Positions 35,837-44,534 of a stretch of DNA of 64,000 nucleotides are shown in pieces. The position numbers and the translations under genes are program-made. Position 1 is the stretch's first letter. Each line of letters opens with the position of its first letter. This stretch comes from Thermoguttaceae bacterium. Lineage in GTDB: Bacteria > Planctomycetota > Planctomycetia > Pirellulales > Thermoguttaceae. The stretch spans positions 24,001 to 88,000 of the forward strand of contig JAQVHZ010000002.1 of assembly GCA_028695965.1 (NCBI GenBank), read 5' to 3'. Under the pieces are notes generated by a model. That model was not told the DNA's origin and searched no databases. It saw only the letters and a program-made list of their open reading frames with translations.

Positions 35837-36847
35837 ATGAGAAGAGCGTCGTTATGGACTGTATTTTGCGGAGCGTTTGTCCTGCTATTAGGAACGATAG
35901 GCGCCTATGGCGCGGAGCTCAAGAGCGCGGAAGAGCTAGCGGCGCTTTTGCAGGCGAAAATTGGAAAGTCGTTTGATATCCCAACAGAGTTCTCCTGCGA
36001 CGTCATTACCGCCGAACAGCGCGACGACTGCGTTATTCTTTTCAAGAGCGGCGCCGATTGGAACGATCCTGCCTCAATTCTTTGGCGTTGGGATCCGAAA
36101 GAAGCGCTTCCCGACTTCGTCGGCTATTTTGCCGCCATGACCGAATGTAAGCCGAACCACGACTGCAGCGAGATTGCAATTGCGGCGTCTGGCGGAGGCG
36201 TCGCACGGGTTCGTTTTGCCGACAAGAAAGTCATTTTCTACGGGAACGCCGCAGGGAATACGCATTCAATAGCGACGCTTCCTGACGGCAACGTCGTTAC
36301 TGCGTCGAGCACAGGCAATTACTTGGCGCTCTTTGCGCCGCCAACGCTCAACGAGACGGAAGGAGCGACCGAAGCGACTCCTATTTATGCAAAATATCGT
36401 CTTGTCGGCGCGCACGGGGTCGTTTGGGACGCAAAGCGCGAGATTCTTTGGGCGCTTGGGACTAACGAGATTGCCGGGTACGAGTATGTCGGCACAAAAG
36501 AGGAGCCCGGGCTTAAAGAGATTTATCGGGAGGTGTTGACAGGAAACGCGCGAGGCGGACACGACCTTTACCCCGCGCCGGGCTACGACGCGCTCATGAC
36601 GACTGGAATCGGCGTCAACGTCTTCGACCCGAATGAGCGGAAGTTCTATGAAGTCGTTCCGATGCGCCGCATTAAGAGCGTCTCGCTTTCGCCGGAAAGG
36701 GTTCCGCTCATGCAGCGCGCGGTCGTCGAGTGGTGGTCCGACACGATCTTCTACGGGGACGACAAAGACACGAGCGTCGGCGTTTTTTCCGGCGCGAAGT
36801 TCTACAAGGCGCGTTGGTTCGTCCCGAACGAATTCAGCGGCAAGTAA
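35837..36847 (+). CDS. secreted hypothetical protein
   Basis: ATG at 35837 lies 6 nt after AAGAGGA. Signal peptide MRRASLWTVFCGAFVLLLGTIGAYGAE. No motif recognised. Confidence 0.75.
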   Translation: MRRASLWTVFCGAFVLLLGTIGAYGAELKSAEELAALLQAKIGKSFDIPTEFSCDVITAEQRDDCVILFKSGADWNDPASILWRWDPKEALPDFVGYFAAMTECKPNHDCSEIAIAASGGGVARVRFADKKVIFYGNAAGNTHSIATLPDGNVVTASSTGNYLALFAPPTLNETEGATEATPIYAKYRLVGAHGVVWDAKREILWALGTNEIAGYEYVGTKEEPGLKEIYREVLTGNARGGHDLYPAPGYDALMTTGIGVNVFDPNERKFYEVVPMRRIKSVSLSPERVPLMQRAVVEWWSDTIFYGDDKDTSVGVFSGAKFYKARWFVPNEFSGK

Positions 36848-36876
36848 AAGCGCAACTAGTTGTTTTTTCAACAGAA

Positions 36877-36927
36877 AACGGGCGAGAAGGAGACGGTTTG
36901 GTCTGCTTCGCGCCCGTTATGTTTTTT
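36877..36927. terminator. rho-independent terminator between convergent genes
   Basis: GGGCGAGAAGGAGAC-ggtttg-GTCTGCTTCGCGCCC (15-bp stem with 2 mismatches, extended by AAC/GTT), then ATGTTTTTT. An A-rich run on the other side allows bidirectional use. Confidence 0.6.
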
Positions 36928-36943
36928 GGGGAAAGGGAACGGT

Positions 36944-37798
36944 TTAGAAACCAGAGGCGACCATCCACGCATAAACGCGGTTGAGCCAGTCTCCGACGTG
37001 GTCGTCGGTCGGGTTGCCGCCGAATCCGTGCGCGATTTTAGCGTAGATATGCATTTCGGCGGGGATGTTCATCGCGCGGAGTTTCGAATAGACTGCTACG
37101 GAACCCATTGGGGAATAGACGTCTTCGTCGCCGTGAATGAGGCACATCGGCGGCGTTTTTTCGTCGAACGCGAAGTCGCCGACCATGGCGGAATCGTTGC
37201 CTTTTCCGGCGTTCGGCCCGTCGGCGCCGTCTTCAAGGACATATGCGGGATAGACGGGCGCGGCGAAATTGACGTTGCAGGGCAGCTTGTCGATATCGTC
37301 GATCGGTTTGTAGGAATTCGTTTGACTTGTCGTCGAGGTCATGAGGGTGAGGTGCCCTCCGGCAGAGAAGCCCATGATCCCAATTTTATCCGGGTTGATT
37401 CCCCATTCTTGCGCCCTCGAGCGGACGACGCGCACGCAGCGCTGCGCGTCTTGCCACGCAGCCATGTGTTTCGGAATCCCTTCTCGGCGCGGAACGCGGT
37501 ACTTCAAGACGACGACAGTAACGCCTTTGCCCGTGAAATACTTGGCGATTTTGTCTCCTTCGTGCCCGTAAGCGAGCCCCATGTACCCGCCGCCGGGGCA
37601 GACGATCATGAGCGAATCGGTCGTTTTATTTTCCGGCTTCCAGTACTCGTAAGTAGGCTTCACGGCGTCTTCTTTTTCACCGGGCGCGACGCCGGGCCAG
37701 ACGTTGTATTCATCGAACGCAGACGCGTTGGCGCCGGCGCACAGAAAAGCTGCGGCGACAGTCAGCGCGAACGCGGCGAGGGTAAATGTGCGTTTCAT
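36944..37798 (-). CDS. secreted alpha/beta-hydrolase (carbohydrate-esterase/lipase-like)
   Basis: 284 aa with a signal peptide. Oxyanion-hole 'CPGGGY', nucleophile elbow GFSAGGH, 'HGDEDVYSP' and a late His (AHGF). The opposite-strand 315-aa ORF is a shadow ORF. Confidence 0.85.
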   Translation of the reverse strand: MKRTFTLAAFALTVAAAFLCAGANASAFDEYNVWPGVAPGEKEDAVKPTYEYWKPENKTTDSLMIVCPGGGYMGLAYGHEGDKIAKYFTGKGVTVVVLKYRVPRREGIPKHMAAWQDAQRCVRVVRSRAQEWGINPDKIGIMGFSAGGHLTLMTSTTSQTNSYKPIDDIDKLPCNVNFAAPVYPAYVLEDGADGPNAGKGNDSAMVGDFAFDEKTPPMCLIHGDEDVYSPMGSVAVYSKLRAMNIPAEMHIYAKIAHGFGGNPTDDHVGDWLNRVYAWMVASGF

Positions 37799-37859
37799 TT
37801 TTTATAACTCCATAACGAGCATTAATTCCCGTCGATTCGACGGAACGATTGTTTTCTAA

Positions 37860-37888
37860 ATTGTAAAAAACGCGCGAGGCGGCGTCAA
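37860..37888 (-). promoter_or_regulatory. sigma70-like promoter candidate for the esterase gene
   Basis: Minus strand reads TTGACG, 17-nt spacer, TACAAT, starting right after the nfo stop codon. Confidence 0.5.
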
Positions 37889-37889
37889 G

Positions 37890-38744
37890 TTACAGGAGCG
37901 ATTTAAGGGTTCTCAAATTGACAACGTCCCACGACTCGCCGTCTTCAGTCTCTCCTTTTGGCGTTTCAAGATACATCGGCATACCTTTGAATCTCGGGTC
38001 GTTGACGAGCATGGCGAACGCGTCAAGCCCAATTTCGCCTTTGCCGATATGGTCGTGTCGGTCGGCGCGGGAGCCTAGTTTTTTCATCGAGTCGTTGAGA
38101 TGGAAAGCGCAGAGCCGGTCGAGGCCGATTATATTGTCGAACTGTTCGAACATCGACTCGTAACCCTCTTTAGTACGAATTTCGTAGCCTGCCGCGAAGA
38201 CATGGCACGTGTCGAGACAGACGCAGAGCCTGTCCTTATGGTCGCACGCGTCGATAATGGCGGCGATTTCTTCGAACGTTCCGCCGAGGTAGGTGCCCTG
38301 TCCGGCAGTCGTTTCAATCAGGACCTTGACGTCGTTGTCAGGAATCGAGGCGAAAATCTGATCGAACGATTTTGCGACTCGGTCGATAGCGGATTCTTTG
38401 GTATCGTCTTTTGCCGCGCCGGGATGCATGACCACTTGCGGGACGCCGAGTATTTGCGCGCGTTCGAGCTCGTCGGTGAATCGCGCGATCGACTTGTCGT
38501 GCAGCTCTTTTTCTGGCGACGCCAGGTTGATTAGGTAGGAATCGTGAATGAGCGGTGTAAATTGCCCCGTCTCCTTGAGCGCGTCTTTGAACTTTTGCGC
38601 GGCGTCAGGAGCGATCGGTCTGTTCGCCCAACGATTGCTGTTGCCGGAGAAAATTTGGACGCAATCGTAACCGAGCGCTGAGGAATCGTAGACAGCGGCG
38701 TCGAAACCTGCCGCAATTGATTGATGGACGCCAAAATATGGCAT
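37890..38744 (-). CDS. nfo: deoxyribonuclease IV (endonuclease IV)
   Basis: 284 aa. Motifs 'HDSYLINLAS', 'VVMHPGA', 'LIETTAGQG', 'VCLDTCHVFAAGY' and 'FHLNDS'. Confidence 0.92.
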   Translation of the reverse strand: MPYFGVHQSIAAGFDAAVYDSSALGYDCVQIFSGNSNRWANRPIAPDAAQKFKDALKETGQFTPLIHDSYLINLASPEKELHDKSIARFTDELERAQILGVPQVVMHPGAAKDDTKESAIDRVAKSFDQIFASIPDNDVKVLIETTAGQGTYLGGTFEEIAAIIDACDHKDRLCVCLDTCHVFAAGYEIRTKEGYESMFEQFDNIIGLDRLCAFHLNDSMKKLGSRADRHDHIGKGEIGLDAFAMLVNDPRFKGMPMYLETPKGETEDGESWDVVNLRTLKSLL

Positions 38745-38768
38745 AGCGTAACCTCGTCTGTGTTAAAA

Positions 38769-39758
38769 TTATTCTTCTTGCGTTCGTATTGTGCAGACGA
38801 CAAGATTAGGACGATTGAAAAATCGGGTAGGTATGACGCTTGGACCGAGCCCTCGCGATACGATTTCTGTCGTTCCGTCGATAACGTGTCGTCCGCCAGT
38901 ATAGCGCGGCCAAAATCCTTGGTCAGGGGCGAAAAGGCCGTTTGGCAGCAGGTACGGAATGCGGAACTGTCCGCCATGGGCATGACCAGCTAGGACTAGG
39001 TCGAGCTTGTGGTCGGCATATTTTTCGAAGTGTTCAGGTCGATGCGTGAGCAGTATTGAGTATTGCTCAGGCTTATTAGGAACTTCGGCGAGCAGGTCTT
39101 CGACAATATCGGCGTCTTTACGATACTGTTTGACTAATGGAATCTCGCTGGTGTAAGTTGCTCGCGGGTCGCAAATTCCGGCGAGCAGGATCGAATTTGA
39201 AGTCGGAGTTCTTTCGGGGGCTCTTTCAAACGGAGTAATCACAAGCGCGCCGTTTTCATCGCGCGTAAGCTCAACTTGCGCGTTGTCGAGCACATAAGCG
39301 CCCGACGTTCTGACTAATTCGATGAATTCGCCGCGAAGGGAATCGACGAACTGAGCTTCATGGTTGCCTGTTACGTAAAAGACGGGCGCAATTTCTGTAA
39401 GCCTCTGAATCGTCTTGCGCGCATATTCTAAATCAGGATTGTATTCGTCGATTAGGTCGCCCGTAACAGCAATGACGTCAGGGCCTTGCTTGTGTATTTT
39501 ACGCAACAGCCGAATGTTGTTCTTGCCGAAGCTCTTGCCGTGTAAGTCGGAAAGATGAACGATTTTTAGCTCGTTTAGGGCGTCAGGAATACGCGCGTCT
39601 GTTTCCTCGAAGCTCGTAACGTCGATAATATTGTTTTCCCAATAGAAGAGGAAATAGGTAAAGAATAAGAGAGCGCAAAGCCATTCGGCGGTAATGCGTT
39701 TGAGCCCTCGTGTTCTTCTCGAGACGTCAGGACGAGGCTGTTTAAGGGTTGGCTTCAT
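38769..39758 (-). CDS. membrane-anchored calcineurin-like metallophosphoesterase
   Basis: 329 aa. N-terminal TM helix. Motifs 'VHLSDLHG', 'VTGDLID', 'VTGNHE' and 'LAGHAHGGQ'. Confidence 0.85.
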   Translation of the reverse strand: MKPTLKQPRPDVSRRTRGLKRITAEWLCALLFFTYFLFYWENNIIDVTSFEETDARIPDALNELKIVHLSDLHGKSFGKNNIRLLRKIHKQGPDVIAVTGDLIDEYNPDLEYARKTIQRLTEIAPVFYVTGNHEAQFVDSLRGEFIELVRTSGAYVLDNAQVELTRDENGALVITPFERAPERTPTSNSILLAGICDPRATYTSEIPLVKQYRKDADIVEDLLAEVPNKPEQYSILLTHRPEHFEKYADHKLDLVLAGHAHGGQFRIPYLLPNGLFAPDQGFWPRYTGGRHVIDGTTEIVSRGLGPSVIPTRFFNRPNLVVCTIRTQEE

Positions 39759-39778
39759 AAAATATGGTAATCTGCTCT

Positions 39779-40981
39779 TTATTTCTTACGCCAAAACAGG
39801 GCGTCGGATATGCCTAATTGTTCTCTTGTCTCTTTGACGTCGGCGCGGAACCGGAGCGCGTCGACGGGATAGCCCGCCGTCGGCTTGAGCGATTTGTCGA
39901 TGGCGCGACGCCAAAATTCGTTGAAGGCGTCCATCGACAGTTCCCGCAGGTATTTGGCGCAAATGGACGCGAGCGCGGTTGGAGCGTTCGATTCTCCTTT
40001 TCTGGTGAAACGTATCTCCAGCCTGATAGGAGAGGTAAAGGCAATTTCAGCGCCGTTTCTGTTTTTTCCTTTGCAAGCGATTAATCGGTATACGCTCGCG
40101 TCGCGCGATTCTTTCAAGACGCGTGTTTGGGCGTTTGGAAAGCTTTCGCTCAGGACCGGAGCGTACCGGTCGCGTCCGCCAAGCTTGTCGCACAGGACGA
40201 TAAAAGTCGGCTCTTGCGTCGTCTGGACGACTCGCGCGATCATCTCGACGACAAGCGAAAGAGTAACGTTAGCGATTAAGTCGCTTTTGAGCCCTAACCG
40301 ATCAAGGAGCGCGTTGAATTCGCTCGGCTGCGCGCGCCGCGCCGCTAAGTCGACGAGCGCGATTCTTTCGGCTTGTAAATGGGCGTTAATTTCGCGCAGC
40401 GTTTCGCGCAGCTTTTCCGGCGAGCCGGTTTTCGGGTCGACGGGCAAGGGAAGGTCAAATTCTTCTTCCCACGGCGGCGGAACGAGCGCGTTCGATTCTC
40501 TTGCAACGTTCGCTAGGACCGACCGAAACGACGCGCTTTCTAACGAGTTCGGCTCGACAAGCGCTGCGGCAAGCCAAAAGGAACGTTCGAGCGCGGCGAG
40601 CGACTTTGAGGCGGCGTAGAGCTTCTTCGAATCGACGAGCGGAAAGATCCCTTTTTGCGCGGAAATTGGCGCTAGCGCTTCGTTCATGCGTTCGATAAGA
40701 CGCTGCGTGAAATCCAGATCGCAATTTGTTACCGGTTTCGGAATCGGTTCGACGTCAAAGAGAGTCGGTCCCGTCGGTTCCGGACGCTTTTTCTTCGATT
40801 TTTTGACGGGCTTAACGTCAGCAGACGCGCAAGTTTCCGACGACGGCAGAAACTCTGCGCCGCAATCTTCGTCGGACGCGATTCGCCAACACGAGGCGCC
40901 GACGACGAGCGGACCAAGGTTAGGGCCGTAGCCCGCCTCGTCGAGTCCGAGCACAAACGTCTCTTGCGAACGCGTCGTCAT
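39779..40981 (-). CDS. RNase HII-like domain protein (long, divergent)
   Basis: 400 aa. 'LGLDEAGYGPNLGPLVVGA' matches the RNase HII DEAGRGP motif, and 'LVDSKKLY' matches its DSKKL motif. The two are separated by a ~60-aa Lys/Pro-rich insert. Long C-terminal extension. The start overlaps the folP stop (ATGA). Confidence 0.7.
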   Translation of the reverse strand: MTTRSQETFVLGLDEAGYGPNLGPLVVGASCWRIASDEDCGAEFLPSSETCASADVKPVKKSKKKRPEPTGPTLFDVEPIPKPVTNCDLDFTQRLIERMNEALAPISAQKGIFPLVDSKKLYAASKSLAALERSFWLAAALVEPNSLESASFRSVLANVARESNALVPPPWEEEFDLPLPVDPKTGSPEKLRETLREINAHLQAERIALVDLAARRAQPSEFNALLDRLGLKSDLIANVTLSLVVEMIARVVQTTQEPTFIVLCDKLGGRDRYAPVLSESFPNAQTRVLKESRDASVYRLIACKGKNRNGAEIAFTSPIRLEIRFTRKGESNAPTALASICAKYLRELSMDAFNEFWRRAIDKSLKPTAGYPVDALRFRADVKETREQLGISDALFWRKK

Positions 40982-41958
40982 GCGGATTCGCTTTCGCAGT
41001 CAAGGCTGCCGGAGCGCCGCGCCAAGTCGAGCGCAAACGCAGAAAGGGCGACGTTATGCACGCGCGCTATCTGCACGCCTTTTCGTGCAAGCGCGACGGT
41101 TGTCGCGGTGGTAGCGAAATCGCGCGTTCTTATGGCGTCGGGATCGACGTCGTCGTCCGCGCTGACGCCGCGCGCTTCGTTGAACTGACGCGCCGTTTCC
41201 ATCAAGAACCTCTTGCGCGAGTCGCCGACAAGCAGAACGCCGCCGAGCGTGTGCAGTTTCTCGACGTCGCGGAGCAGTTCCCAGTTCTGTTCGACCGTCT
41301 TTCCAAAGCCAAGACCGGGGTCAAACGCAATTTGTTCGAGCGGCACGCCCTGTTCGAGGAACGCGTCGCATCGGCGCGCTAGGAACGCATAAACTTCGTT
41401 CAACACGCCGTTTGGATACTCCGGAGTCGTCGCCTGCATCGTCTTCGGAACGTCGCGCATATGCATTAGGACGACCGCCGCATTATGGCGCTGCACGACC
41501 TCCGCCATTTCTTCGGGAAAGGCGGCTTCGTCTTCTTGCGCAAAGCGCTTCTGCGAGCCGATATAGCGTCCGGCGCCGACGTCGTTGATAATTTCCGCGC
41601 CCGCTTCTAGGACCGCGTCTGCGACGGCGGGCCGATAGGTGTCGACAGAAATAGGCGCGTCGAACGCCTCTTTCAGCGCGCGGACGGCAGGAACGACGCG
41701 GCGCAGTTCTTCCGCTTCGTCGACGGGATCGATTCCTGGCCGCGTCGATTCGCCGCCGACGTCAAGAATGCCGGCGCCGTCTCGAATTAACTTGCGCGCG
41801 GCGTCGACAAAAGCGTCCAGATCGACTTCGAAGCCTTGCCCATCCTTGGCGTATCGCCCGCCGTCGGAAAAGCTGTCCGGAGTTGCGTTTAAAATTCCCA
41901 TAAGAACGATTCTATCGCATTGGATCGTTCTTGTCTTAAGCTTCCATCTAGCGATCAC
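40978..41958 (-). CDS. folP: dihydropteroate synthase
   Basis: 326 aa. Motifs 'GILNATPDSFSDGG', 'ILDVGGESTRPG', 'ISVDTY', 'INDV', 'DPGLGFGK' and 'LVGDSRKRF'. GTG start in the ORF track, overlapping the upstream gene's stop. Confidence 0.92.
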   Translation of the reverse strand: MIARWKLKTRTIQCDRIVLMGILNATPDSFSDGGRYAKDGQGFEVDLDAFVDAARKLIRDGAGILDVGGESTRPGIDPVDEAEELRRVVPAVRALKEAFDAPISVDTYRPAVADAVLEAGAEIINDVGAGRYIGSQKRFAQEDEAAFPEEMAEVVQRHNAAVVLMHMRDVPKTMQATTPEYPNGVLNEVYAFLARRCDAFLEQGVPLEQIAFDPGLGFGKTVEQNWELLRDVEKLHTLGGVLLVGDSRKRFLMETARQFNEARGVSADDDVDPDAIRTRDFATTATTVALARKGVQIARVHNVALSAFALDLARRSGSLDCESESA

Positions 41959-43043
41959 AGATTCTCCTCTCTAATCATTAGTCTAACGTTCCCTTGTTGA
42001 GTTGCGATCCAAAAGAGGCCGGGCTCTTGTTCAAAGAAAATCGCATAGGCGATCCAAATTTTTTCATTGGGGGTCGACGCGAGGACGACCGGTTCCGACC
42101 ACGTTTTGCCTTCGTCGGCAGAGAAAGCGATCGAGAGCTTGTTGCGGCGCTTAATCCAGCTGTAGCTCATATCCTCGACGATCCAGTCGTTCGGATCGGG
42201 CTCGTAGTTGAACGCGGGGAATTTTTCGTCGCGGTTCCAGACAAGAACCCATCGCCCGTCGGAGAGTTTCGCTAGTTCGCCAAACGAGTTGTTGTTTTCG
42301 ATACCGGTCGACTCCGGCTTCGACCACGTTTCGCCCGCGTCGGTCGAAATTGAACGGTAGAAGGTTCCTTTGGTCGTGCGGATGAGCATATAGACAGAAC
42401 CGTCTTCTTTTTCAAGGAGTTTCGGTTCCATAGCGCCGTCATGGTCGTTGATTTTCGAGCCTTCCATGGTAATCGTTTGGGTTTTCGCCCACGATCGACC
42501 GTTGTCGTCGGAATAATAGACCGGAATCACGTGATTCCACGGCCGGATCGCCATTGTCGCCAAGACGATACGACCCGATTTCAGGGTAACCATAGCGCGG
42601 AGGGCGCCGACCCAATCTCGTTGGACGGGAAGAGGCTCCGACCAAGTTCGCCCGTTGTCGACGCTTCGGATCGTGTAGACGGGAATTTCCCACTCGCTCG
42701 GGCTGCCCTCGTTCCAACGGCCCGATTTCAGTTCTTTGCCATTGTCGAAAGCGATGACGAGCGAATCGTCTTTGGCGCGAACGATGGAGAAGTCGAGCGC
42801 TTGATATTTTTCCGGGTCGATCGCATTGGTCGTTTCCCATGTCTTGCCTTCGTCGACGCTCCAATGGGCGTCGGCTCCGGCGAGCGTTACGATCGAGTTG
42901 TCGGCGGCGCGCACAAATGGGCCCGGGTAGGGGCTCGGAAAGGTTTCTGCGTTTGGATGGAGCGTAATCGACGGATCCATAGCGAGCGCCGACGTCGCGG
43001 CTAAAAACGCGCAGACGCATAATAACGACGCGATTTTTTTCAT
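41955..43043 (-). CDS. secreted Asp-box (BNR) sialidase-superfamily beta-propeller protein
   Basis: 362 aa. Signal peptide MKKIASLLCVCAFLAATSALA. Five Asp-boxes (SVDEGKTW, SVDNGRTW, SDDNGRSW, STDAGETW, SADEGKTW). Confidence 0.85.
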   Translation of the reverse strand: MKKIASLLCVCAFLAATSALAMDPSITLHPNAETFPSPYPGPFVRAADNSIVTLAGADAHWSVDEGKTWETTNAIDPEKYQALDFSIVRAKDDSLVIAFDNGKELKSGRWNEGSPSEWEIPVYTIRSVDNGRTWSEPLPVQRDWVGALRAMVTLKSGRIVLATMAIRPWNHVIPVYYSDDNGRSWAKTQTITMEGSKINDHDGAMEPKLLEKEDGSVYMLIRTTKGTFYRSISTDAGETWSKPESTGIENNNSFGELAKLSDGRWVLVWNRDEKFPAFNYEPDPNDWIVEDMSYSWIKRRNKLSIAFSADEGKTWSEPVVLASTPNEKIWIAYAIFFEQEPGLFWIATQQGNVRLMIREENL

Positions 43044-43076
43044 AATATCACCTCTGCAGCTTGTATCGGTTGACGA

Positions 43077-44435
43077 TTATGCCAGCGCCTTTTTGACTTC
43101 CGGCGCGTATTTGTGTATTCTCCGAACCACGTCTGCGATAACGCCCATATTCTCTTTAGGGGCAAGGAGATGCGATTGGAAGATCCAGATCGTCTCTTCT
43201 GCAATTTTGTGGAAATTCGGCAGCGCTGTTATTTCCGTCCATTCGTCCAGACGACGTTTCGAATAGACTCGTCGTCCGGCGCGCGTGTCAAGCGATTTCC
43301 GGACGTAGCCCATCCAGTCGCAGCTTCGGTAGCCGGTCCCGCAGCTGATTCCCTCGCGATGAATCGCTTGGATCAATTCGTCGCGCGAGAGCCCGAACTC
43401 TTCTTCGTCGACTCGGAACATATACAAATGCCACGCGCTGCGTCCGCCGTCGTAGACGCGCTGAGGATAAACGCCCGGTATTTCTTGCAATAACGCAGAC
43501 AGATGGAGCGCGTTTTCGTTGCGGATATCCGCGTGCCCTGCGATGTAGGGCAGCTGCGCGGAGAGAATCGCGGCTTGGAACCCCGTCATGCGGTAATTTG
43601 ACGCGCGCACCGGTCGATAGGCGTCGAGGGACGCGCCCGAGTGGGGCAGGAAGCCGTGCGTATGCGCGTCCAAGACTTTGTAAGCGAGGTATTCGTCGTC
43701 GGTGAGCACGACGCCCCCTTCGCCGCCCGCGAGGTTCTTCGTGATTTGCATACTGAAACAGCCGAGCGTTCCAAGGGTTCCGAGCTTCTTGCCTTTCCAC
43801 TCGCCCATGACCGCTTGACACGCGTCTTCAATCACGGGCAGGTCGTGTTTTTCGCCAAGCGCCAGGAACGCGTCCATGTCGGCAGGCGCACCTCCGATGT
43901 GTACGGGCAAAATAGCTTGCGTTGCTTCGTTGACGAGCTTGTCTGCTTGCGCGGGGTCGAGCTGGTAGGTTTCCGGATCGACGTCGGCAAAGACGGGCAA
44001 TGCGTAACATTCGAGGATGCTGTTGATCGTAGCGGCGTAAGTGTAAGGAGTAACGATAACTTCGTCGCCGGGACCGATATCGAGCGCCGAGAGCGCCGTT
44101 TGCAGCGCGGTCGTGCCGCTGCTGACGGCAAGACCGAATTTCGAGCCGAGCATGGCGGCAAAGTCGTTTTCGAATACGAGCGTCGGACTATCGGCGCCGC
44201 CCCGATTCCACCGACGCGACGTGAAAACTTCGGTCAGACGTTCGATTTCGTCGCCTGCGAAGAAAGGCCAAGCCGGTCCGGAATCGTATTTTGGGGCCTC
44301 GCCCCCTAGAATCGCGGGCTTAGAGTCTGGGTTGACAGCTCCGAAAATGGGCGCGGAAAAGGCGCCGAACGCGGCGGCAGCCGCTAAAGAGACGTTGGAC
44401 GCTAGAAACTCACGACGGTTCTGATAATGTTTCAT
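43077..44435 (-). CDS. DegT/DnrJ/EryC1/StrS-family PLP aminotransferase with a twin-arginine (Tat) signal peptide
   Basis: Preferred start is MKHYQNRREFLASNVSLAAAAAFGAFSAPIFGA at 44435 (Tat consensus RREFL plus an h-region). Motifs 'GPGDEVIVTPYTYAATINSI' and the PLP-Lys context 'FSMQITKNLAGGEGG'. Confidence 0.88.
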   Translation of the reverse strand: MKHYQNRREFLASNVSLAAAAAFGAFSAPIFGAVNPDSKPAILGGEAPKYDSGPAWPFFAGDEIERLTEVFTSRRWNRGGADSPTLVFENDFAAMLGSKFGLAVSSGTTALQTALSALDIGPGDEVIVTPYTYAATINSILECYALPVFADVDPETYQLDPAQADKLVNEATQAILPVHIGGAPADMDAFLALGEKHDLPVIEDACQAVMGEWKGKKLGTLGTLGCFSMQITKNLAGGEGGVVLTDDEYLAYKVLDAHTHGFLPHSGASLDAYRPVRASNYRMTGFQAAILSAQLPYIAGHADIRNENALHLSALLQEIPGVYPQRVYDGGRSAWHLYMFRVDEEEFGLSRDELIQAIHREGISCGTGYRSCDWMGYVRKSLDTRAGRRVYSKRRLDEWTEITALPNFHKIAEETIWIFQSHLLAPKENMGVIADVVRRIHKYAPEVKKALA

Positions 44436-44468
44436 AGCCAGCCCTTTCTGATAGAGAGAACCACACGA

Positions 44469-44496
44469 GCGCCGACGACCTAAAAGTCGTCGGCGC
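44469..44496 (-). other. intergenic stem-loop between the GH106-like and DegT genes
   Basis: GCGCCGACGAC-(6-nt loop)-GTCGTCGGCGC, a perfect 11-bp stem with no clear U-tract. Could be an RNA processing/stability element or an inefficient terminator. Confidence 0.4.
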
Positions 44497-44534
44497 AAGT
44501 ATGGTTCGATTAACGAATTGAGAAATTCATTAAG

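Noticed and set aside
36860-37807. 315-aa plus-strand ORF covering the esterase locus
   Set aside because: The minus frame has the signal peptide, GFSAGGH nucleophile elbow and HGDED motif. The plus frame is Arg/Val/Gly-rich with no motif.
43641-44309. 222-aa plus-strand ORF antisense to the DegT gene
   Set aside because: Shadow ORF within a clearly assigned PLP-enzyme frame.
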